From the IMG/VR virus record IMGVR_UViG_3300031965_000010: a stretch of 64,000 nt of DNA, one strand, 5' to 3'. The notes beneath the pieces were generated by a model that did not search any database, was not told the DNA's origin, and saw only the letters and a list, made by a program, of their open reading frames with translations. The DNA comes from an uncultured virus (IMG/VR IMGVR_UViG_3300031965_000010) (lineage: Duplodnaviria > Heunggongvirae > Uroviricota > Caudoviricetes). The position numbers were made by a program, and so were the translations under genes. Below, piece by piece: positions 57,771 through 64,000 of the stretch (within the stretch, counting starts at the first letter, position 1; every line of letters begins with the position of its first letter).

Positions 57771-58037
57771 ATGGATTTCATCATCGATAGGGTTAGCAAG
57801 TGGATCGGCAGAGAGGTCGTGTTGGAGGGAATCTTCCCGATTCCTGTCCCGAGTCAGACCGGGATGCAGGTGATTTACTCTCCGATCAAAGGAAAGCTCG
57901 TCGGCGTCTACAAAGACGGTTTCGAGTTGATGGAAGACGGCGACGGAGAGCCGACGCTCTACCCGAGCAAAAACATCCGCAGCATTCACCCGATTAGCGA
58001 AATCGCTCGCGTCAAACCGAACCGTCTCATTACCTGA
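57771..58037 (+). CDS. Small protein, possible Sm/Hfq-like fold
   Basis: GAGGAG SD; IKGKLVGV...TLYPSKNIRSI. Confidence 0.55.
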   Translation: MDFIIDRVSKWIGREVVLEGIFPIPVPSQTGMQVIYSPIKGKLVGVYKDGFELMEDGDGEPTLYPSKNIRSIHPISEIARVKPNRLIT

Positions 58038-58091
58038 CTCACTGATTTCATCCCAACCACACAGGCGGGCCTTCACCCGCGAGGAGCGTAA

Positions 58092-58877
58092 ATGGCTGCG
58101 AAGAAAGCAAAGAAGAGCGCGTCACGTAAGGCAGCGAAACCCGCTAGAGCACCGAAGCCGTCGAAGCCTTCGAAGCTATCGAAGCCATCTAAGCCGCCGA
58201 AGGTCACGATCGTAGATGCGGACGTGCTGCGGGCGCGTTTGCGTGCTGCGTCAGTTCGTCCGCTCGACGAATACGATCGGAAACACGCCAGCGGCGTTGT
58301 GCTCATGCAGCGGACGCTCGACGGCGATGACGACCCGGTGAAAGTAGGCGCGCATCCGATCTTTCACGATCTAGAACGCATGGAAGCTCTCGCGCAGACG
58401 GCGCATCGTTGCGGAAGCGACGATGACATCGCGGTGTTGTATCGACTTCTGACCGATGCGCATGAACGGCTTGCCGAAGCAGTGGATACGTCCGAGGCCG
58501 ACGAGCTTCGTGAGCAGCTCGAAGCGAAGGACGTGGAGATCGACGACGCGCACAAAGAAGCGAACGAGTTTGAGAAAGACAACGAGAAGCTCACGAAGGA
58601 AATCGAAACGCTGAAGGAAAAGTTGACGGAGGAAACCGCTGCGCTGAACGAAGCGCTCTCTAACGCAAATCGCTTAGCGGCGCTCTACGAAAACGCCCCT
58701 TCGAAAGAGCTGCTCGCCGTCGCAGAGGCACGCTGTGCCGAGTTGGCGGAGGTGGAGCCGCTCGCGATGGCTTTCGCTGTGCTGTGCAGCGTTGGCCTAG
58801 AGCACTACACAGGCGTGCTCGATGACGAACAGTTTGCGACAATTAAAGCCGCGAGCGTGCTCTTGGGTGCGGAATGA
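58092..58877 (+). CDS. Coiled-coil protein with histone-H1-like K/A/P N-terminus
   Basis: MAAKKAKKSASRKAAKP...; GAGGAG SD. Confidence 0.7.
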   Translation: MAAKKAKKSASRKAAKPARAPKPSKPSKLSKPSKPPKVTIVDADVLRARLRAASVRPLDEYDRKHASGVVLMQRTLDGDDDPVKVGAHPIFHDLERMEALAQTAHRCGSDDDIAVLYRLLTDAHERLAEAVDTSEADELREQLEAKDVEIDDAHKEANEFEKDNEKLTKEIETLKEKLTEETAALNEALSNANRLAALYENAPSKELLAVAEARCAELAEVEPLAMAFAVLCSVGLEHYTGVLDDEQFATIKAASVLLGAE

Positions 58878-59125
58878 CGACGCCGTTTCAGTTCAAGGTC
58901 GGGGATGCGGTGCGGGTTCATTTCCCTGACGAACCTCGCGCGGTCGATGCTGGGAAGACGGTAACGGCGAAAATCGACAGCGTTAGACACTCGGAATATC
59001 CGTACGCCGTGACGTGGGTTCGGGAAGGCCGCGAGCTTCGACGTCTCTGTAGGTCGGACTGGTTGGAGCGCCGGACCGTTTCGGCGGGGCAGTTATCTTT
59101 GCTTGAGATCGGTGGTGTTCCGTGA
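58874..59125 (+). CDS. Small SH3/KOW-like protein
   Basis: FKVGDAVRV; coupled to neighbours. Confidence 0.6.
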   Translation: MTTPFQFKVGDAVRVHFPDEPRAVDAGKTVTAKIDSVRHSEYPYAVTWVREGRELRRLCRSDWLERRTVSAGQLSLLEIGGVP

Positions 59126-59727
59126 GCGACTGCATCAACACCTTTACGGGCAAGGCGTTCGCTCCGTTGAACCCTAGAGTCGAGGACATCGACATCGAAG
59201 ACATCGCGCACGCGCTTTCGAACATGTGTCGATTTACGGGTCACACGCGGGACTTCTTCTCGGTAGCAGAGCACTCCTGCTACGTACACGACGTCATCGA
59301 GAAACGTTTCATTGCGGGCGGCGAGGTCTCCGAGGAAGAGTACCGCAGCCAAGAGAACACGCTTCGATGGGCTCTCCTCCACGATGCGGCGGAAGGATTT
59401 TTGATCGACGTCGCGCGCCCCGTGAAGAGGCAGCCGCAGATGGCGTTCTACAGAGAAGCGGAGGACAAGCTCCTCACGTGCATCGCGCGGCGATTCAAAA
59501 TGTCGGGCGACGCCCCGCCGCCTGTCGTACAGGAAGTCGACACGAAGATTTGCGTGAATGAAGCTCGACGATTGCTGCCGAGAATGCGGGAAGATCTCTG
59601 GGCAGGTCGCGAAGGTCTGGACGAGGAAGAATTCTCCGCCGTGGTGAAGGGGTTGGGACACCACCCGCCGATCGCAAAAATGCGATTTCTTCATCGCTTC
59701 AACCGGCTGTTTGACGGGGAGATCTGA
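59122..59727 (+). CDS. HD-domain 5'-deoxynucleotidase (YfbR/YfdR-like)
   Basis: IEDIAHALSNMCRFTGH..FSVAEHS..ALLHDAAE. Confidence 0.9.
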   Translation: MSDCINTFTGKAFAPLNPRVEDIDIEDIAHALSNMCRFTGHTRDFFSVAEHSCYVHDVIEKRFIAGGEVSEEEYRSQENTLRWALLHDAAEGFLIDVARPVKRQPQMAFYREAEDKLLTCIARRFKMSGDAPPPVVQEVDTKICVNEARRLLPRMREDLWAGREGLDEEEFSAVVKGLGHHPPIAKMRFLHRFNRLFDGEI

Positions 59728-59729
59728 AA

Positions 59730-62081
59730 ATGGGAATCGCTGGACGTCTCGCGGCTATGAAAGCCGCAGCGGAATCCCGTGGGCCGCTCGACCCGGCGAC
59801 GGGGGAGCCTCCTGGCGTAGTGGACGACGGCGAATTCGCCGACCTGCGAAGAAACACACGCGTTTCAGTGCTACCGCCGTTGAGGAACGGCGAGGTGGTT
59901 TTTTCCAAGTCACCCGAAGAGCGAGCGACGATTGCGGATGGGTGCGCGGGTTTAGACTGCGAGACTTTCCTCATACAGCCGGGGCGAGCTGTTCCCAGAC
60001 TCGTCGTCACGGGTTACCAAAAGGCGGACGGCACTCAGCAGATCGTGACGGGAGATCCGAGCGACCCAACGATTCACGCGCGTTCTTTTTTGTCGTTCAC
60101 GGAGCACATCGTCGAGAACGCTCTGTCGAAATTGAAGTCGGTCGACGGTAAAGAGGTCGTCGCGCTCGAACGCGTTGGAGACGGTGTTGGCGGTTTACTG
60201 ATCAACCAAAATATTGCGTTCGACTTTAGTGCAATCGCGGAAGACGCTCATCAGCGGGACGTAGCGCTGGGACTCGTGGGATCGGACGAGTCGTGGTTCG
60301 AGCGAGTGATGCAGAGAATTTTCGAGCTTCTGGATCTACGTGTCGTCGAGGACAATGCGCTCAGGGAGCGCTTGCTGGATTTGGCAGAAGGATCATTGGG
60401 TAAGGATTTTTCGGACCTCACCAAAGATGGGAACCCGAGGCGCAAGGGCTACAACTTAAAGAGCATGGGCAAGCAGTACTTCAACGTCGATCTCGACAAA
60501 CTTTCGTGGCGTACGTCGTATTCCAGACTCGTTGACAAACCCTTGAGCGAGTACGCGGACGGCGCCATCAACTACGTGACGGAAGACGTTGAAACGGCGC
60601 TGCACGTCGCAGCCAGGCAGACACGTCGAGCGCAGATGGCCGGACTTCCACCCGGCGCACGTATTCCGGATGCCGCTCAACAGAGCAAATACGCGTTCGC
60701 TTTGAATCTCGTTTCCGCTTGGGGGATGAGAACAGATTTGTCGAAGGTGCAAAAACTAGACGCAGACCTCGATTCGCTTTCTCGACAAATGCTTGGCCTA
60801 CTCAAAGACCACGGACTCGTCCGCTCGACAGGGCGAGACGCTGGATCGAGAGACATGAAGAAAATCCACAAGCTCGTGGAGGAGTGTTACGAAGAAGCGA
60901 GACTGCCGGTCCCACGCACCAAAAAGGGAAACATTTCCACGGCGGGTAGTGTCCTGGAAGATATCGCTCTCATACAGTCGAGAGGTTCCGCAAAAGAGGT
61001 ACTGGACAAAGAGGGTCGACTCGTCGAGGACGATCTTTTCAAACTGCCTCTATACGCGCTTAGTCAATACACGTCAGTCGAGAAGTTGATTTCAACGTAT
61101 CTGCCCACACTGTACGCGGGGGCGCAGCATCCGATAAATACGAGGTATCAGACCGTTCTAGAAACAGGACGCGTTTCGTCAAGTAAACCCAACCTCAACA
61201 ACATGCCGCGAGGCGGTACCAAAACCCTACTACTAAGATTGCAAAGCCGCGTGAGGCAATGCTTCGTACCGAGACCGGGGTTCCTGTTGTCGAGCTGTGA
61301 CTACAACCAGCTCGAACTGGCGTGCCTGTCACAGTTGATGTTGTGGTATTTCGGCGAGTCGAAGATGGCGGATGCCATCAACGCAGGTCTGGATCTGCAC
61401 ATGCTGTTTGCTGCGGAGCAGCTTCTGCACATCCCCTACGAAGAGGCAATGCGTAGGAAAAAAGATAAGGAAGTAGCCGATCTCAGACAAATGGCGAAAG
61501 TTGCCAATTTTTCCCTCGGCGGAGGCGCTGGCCCTAACTCCTTGGTCAAAATGGCGGCGGCTTCTTACGGTGTCTACCTGACAGTAGATGAGGCAAAAGA
61601 ACTTAAAGAAAAGTGGTTAAACCAGTGGCAGATGCGGGGGTACTTTAGACTGATTTCCTCCATGTTGCGAGATTTCGATGACCGGGGAGATCCAGTAGGC
61701 TCGATCGAACAATTCATCAGCGGGCGCGTGCGAGGCGGCGCGCGTTATTGTGCCCTCGCAAACCAGGGCTTTCAAGCATTAGGTGCAGACGGTTCGCTCA
61801 GCGCATTGTATGAGCTTCAGAAGGCTTCGTATTTGCGTAAAGGTCCTCTCTACGGGTCGAGATGTGTCGGGTATTTCTATGATGAGACGTTGTTCGAGTT
61901 TCCCGAAGATCGAGCGGCCGAATACGCCGAGATTCAGACGAACGTCATGAAGGAAGTGATGCAGCAACACACGCCAGGTGTGAAGATCAGCGCGTCACCC
62001 GCTTTGATGACTTGTTGGGCCAAAGAAGCGGAAGCCGTCTACGACAAGAATGGAAAACTCTGTGTGTGGGAGGCAAAGTGA
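59730..62081 (+). CDS. Family A DNA polymerase with 3'-5' exonuclease
   Basis: LDCET, NIAFD, YVTED; TGRVSSSKPNLNN; motif A DYNQLE, motif B RQMAKVANF, motif C FYDE. Confidence 0.93.
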   Translation: MGIAGRLAAMKAAAESRGPLDPATGEPPGVVDDGEFADLRRNTRVSVLPPLRNGEVVFSKSPEERATIADGCAGLDCETFLIQPGRAVPRLVVTGYQKADGTQQIVTGDPSDPTIHARSFLSFTEHIVENALSKLKSVDGKEVVALERVGDGVGGLLINQNIAFDFSAIAEDAHQRDVALGLVGSDESWFERVMQRIFELLDLRVVEDNALRERLLDLAEGSLGKDFSDLTKDGNPRRKGYNLKSMGKQYFNVDLDKLSWRTSYSRLVDKPLSEYADGAINYVTEDVETALHVAARQTRRAQMAGLPPGARIPDAAQQSKYAFALNLVSAWGMRTDLSKVQKLDADLDSLSRQMLGLLKDHGLVRSTGRDAGSRDMKKIHKLVEECYEEARLPVPRTKKGNISTAGSVLEDIALIQSRGSAKEVLDKEGRLVEDDLFKLPLYALSQYTSVEKLISTYLPTLYAGAQHPINTRYQTVLETGRVSSSKPNLNNMPRGGTKTLLLRLQSRVRQCFVPRPGFLLSSCDYNQLELACLSQLMLWYFGESKMADAINAGLDLHMLFAAEQLLHIPYEEAMRRKKDKEVADLRQMAKVANFSLGGGAGPNSLVKMAAASYGVYLTVDEAKELKEKWLNQWQMRGYFRLISSMLRDFDDRGDPVGSIEQFISGRVRGGARYCALANQGFQALGADGSLSALYELQKASYLRKGPLYGSRCVGYFYDETLFEFPEDRAAEYAEIQTNVMKEVMQQHTPGVKISASPALMTCWAKEAEAVYDKNGKLCVWEAK

Positions 62082-63076
62082 GACAGTCGTCGAGTTGGGC
62101 GCAGCAAGGGTTCTGTCGGGGGTGCGGCGGCGTCAGAGATACAGAGCGCGTGCGTTGCACACTCTGTGTCGCGCGGGAAAAGGCGTTACGAGACGCGAGG
62201 GATCGTTCGATTCCGTTACCGATTCCCGTAGAAGTTGCGGAACGGTTCTGGAAGTACGTAGGCGATCGACCGGAAGACCCTAACGCATGTTGGGATTGGA
62301 TCGGCGCTCTGGACTACAAGGGATACGGTCAGATTTCAGTTGCGGGTCGACAGCGCCGAACACATCGAATCGCATACATGATGGCGTACGGCGCGATTCC
62401 GGATGGGTTGAGTGTTTGTCACAAGTGCGATCGTCGTTGTTGTGTTCGTGCATCTCACTATTTTCTCGGAACGAACGCAGACAACACAGCGGACATGATC
62501 GCGAAGGGTAGAAACAGGATTCCCGATGGGACGCTGACTTCAGGTGAAGACAACTGGAATCACAGGCTCACTGACGAGATCGTCATTGATATTCGTAGGC
62601 GTATTCGTAGCGGCGAAAAAGGTGTCGATCTGGCTCGCGAATTAGGTGTCAGTCGGGCCACGATTAGCGAGGCAAAAAACGGACGTCTGTGGGATCACGT
62701 GAACCACATCGAACCTCCGCTGGAGCCCCACAACCGCTATGGTCGGCCCCCGGACCCGCCCAAGGACGATTTGGTTGGGCGAACGTTCGGCTCGTACAAC
62801 GTCGTCGAGTACATAGCTGGTTCGAGACCGGCTTCGTATATGTGTCGATGTGTTTGCGGCAGGGTTAGAAAAGTCGTCGCGTGTAACCTCAAGAACGGGA
62901 ATTCGAAGTCCTGCGGTTGTGTACGAAAGCCCCGTGGGAAAAACAAAACAGCAGTTGTCACGACGGTAGAACCGACCATCGTGGAGGTTGAGACGGTCCG
63001 CATTGCAAATCGACGTCCTTCGCCCGCCAGCATGAGATTCCGTTTCATTAGAGAGCGAATGAACCGGAGCGAATGA
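62078..63076 (+). CDS. HNH homing endonuclease with HTH and Cys modules
   Basis: CWDWIG..GYG..THRIAY..VCHKCD..CCVRASHYFLGTNADN; CRCVCG..SKSCGC. Confidence 0.88.
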   Translation: MRQSSSWAQQGFCRGCGGVRDTERVRCTLCVAREKALRDARDRSIPLPIPVEVAERFWKYVGDRPEDPNACWDWIGALDYKGYGQISVAGRQRRTHRIAYMMAYGAIPDGLSVCHKCDRRCCVRASHYFLGTNADNTADMIAKGRNRIPDGTLTSGEDNWNHRLTDEIVIDIRRRIRSGEKGVDLARELGVSRATISEAKNGRLWDHVNHIEPPLEPHNRYGRPPDPPKDDLVGRTFGSYNVVEYIAGSRPASYMCRCVCGRVRKVVACNLKNGNSKSCGCVRKPRGKNKTAVVTTVEPTIVEVETVRIANRRPSPASMRFRFIRERMNRSE

Positions 63077-63094
63077 ACCGGAGCGATTGAGATC

Positions 63095-63123
63095 TTGCTA
63101 CCAGGCCCGACGTGCTGTAGCAT
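63095..63123 (+). promoter_or_regulatory. Sigma70-type promoter
   Basis: TTGCTA-N17-TAGCAT with TG at the extended -10. Confidence 0.6.
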
Positions 63124-63151
63124 CCGCCCGGCCCCTCATAGGAGAAAACGA

Positions 63152-63868
63152 ATGCGTATTTTTGTGCTGGACCTCGAGACTTCCGGGTTGAACGCGACCC
63201 CGAACGCAATCCAACCGAACGAGTTCGTGGAGCATCGTCCTGGCGTAGACCCGGACTGCATCCTGGAGATCGGTCTCGTGGTGCTCAATGCGGATACGCT
63301 CGAAGTCGAGCACGCATACGCGCAAGGCTTGTACCCACCGGGCGTGGAGGACGTCGAAGATTTCGACCGTTGGACGACACAGTTGCGCGAGAAGAACGCG
63401 TTTGTGTATGGCATGCACGCTGAGTCGGGGCTGTTCGCGGACATTCGCCGCTCATTCGAACCAGGCTTTCTCGGACTCCGAACTCTCGAAGAGTCGGAGA
63501 AGAACCTGTGCAAGCTCGTGGAGCGATTCTCGGAGCGCGCGAAAATCAAAGACGCAGGTCCGATCCACCCCGGAAACTCTGACGTCATGCTCGTCGGAAA
63601 TTCGATCAGTAACCTCGATATTCCGATGCTCCGTTTGTGGATGCCGGAGTTTCACAAGATGCTGAGCTACAGGATCATGGATGTGAGCGTGCTTCGTAGC
63701 TTCTACCAAGATCTGTCGAAGGTAGCGCTGCCGGAAGGTCTCGCGGAGAGAATCAAATCCGGTACCGGCCGTAGTGGCGGGAGACTGCATCGCGCACTCG
63801 ACGATGCGAAACACTGCGCGGAGGCGTTGCGCGAGTGTGTCGCGTACGCGAGGTCGTTTGTGAGATGA
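63152..63868 (+). CDS. orn: Oligoribonuclease-like DEDDh exonuclease
   Basis: LDLETSGL, ILEIG, MH.ESGL, GNSI..D, YRIMDVS, HRALDD. Confidence 0.85.
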   Translation: MRIFVLDLETSGLNATPNAIQPNEFVEHRPGVDPDCILEIGLVVLNADTLEVEHAYAQGLYPPGVEDVEDFDRWTTQLREKNAFVYGMHAESGLFADIRRSFEPGFLGLRTLEESEKNLCKLVERFSERAKIKDAGPIHPGNSDVMLVGNSISNLDIPMLRLWMPEFHKMLSYRIMDVSVLRSFYQDLSKVALPEGLAERIKSGTGRSGGRLHRALDDAKHCAEALRECVAYARSFVR

Positions 63869-64000
63869 GGGTAGGACGTACTGAAGAACAATTGTTAGAG
63901 GAAAGGGTGGCGAAAAAGCGTCGAGAAGAGGCGCGTGCTGCACGAGGGTTGTGCGTTCAGTGTGCCGAACCTAACAACGGGTCCGCTAAAAGGTGCATTG
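63865..64000 (+). CDS. Partial ORF with GLCVQC...RC zinc motif (possibly a second HNH)
   Basis: Coupled ATG; resembles the N-terminus of the 62078 protein. Confidence 0.5.
   Translation, partial: MRVGRTEEQLLEERVAKKRREEARAARGLCVQCAEPNNGSAKRCI

Noticed and set aside
63053..63086. 14-bp tandem repeat at the HNH gene end as an insertion scar
   Set aside because: No matching copy seen at the other end of the gene; likely local slippage

Overview
The window is a GC-rich segment of an apparently tailless, membrane-containing bacterial dsDNA virus. A myxobacterial or deltaproteobacterial host is a weak inference from the sigma factor. Layout: (i) 1-3.8 kb, small + strand ORFs. (ii) 4-11 kb, a C39-like lysin, a protease/antitoxin operon, FmdB, a viral sigma-70-family factor and a YefM/YoeB pair. 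(iii) 11-36 kb, a - strand virion module with about nine membrane-anchored proteins (including M23 and LysM), seven tandem jelly-roll-like paralogs, a candidate major capsid protein interrupted by a group I intron (next to a free-standing GIY-YIG gene and tRNA-Leu(UAA)), two protamine-like core proteins and a transglutaminase-like protease. (iv) 36.9-48 kb, RavA/ViaA-like, J-domain, ParB-like and small genes. (v) 48.7-49.2 kb, an iteron-rich AT-rich origin where strand skew flips. (vi) 49-64 kb, a replication module: primase-helicase, PD-(D/E)XK nuclease, SF2 helicase, SSB, HD hydrolase, PolA, HNH and Orn. No terminase, portal, tail, integrase or packaging ATPase was recognised. Main finds: an 11-copy YGTAGC(A/G)-N11-TAnnnT late promoter; two candidate maturation motifs ([LIV]xG[LMFV]G and [RK]xNP); the capsid intron; and a domain-shuffled antitoxin paired with an aspartic protease. 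All family assignments come from motif reading by eye, with no database searches.
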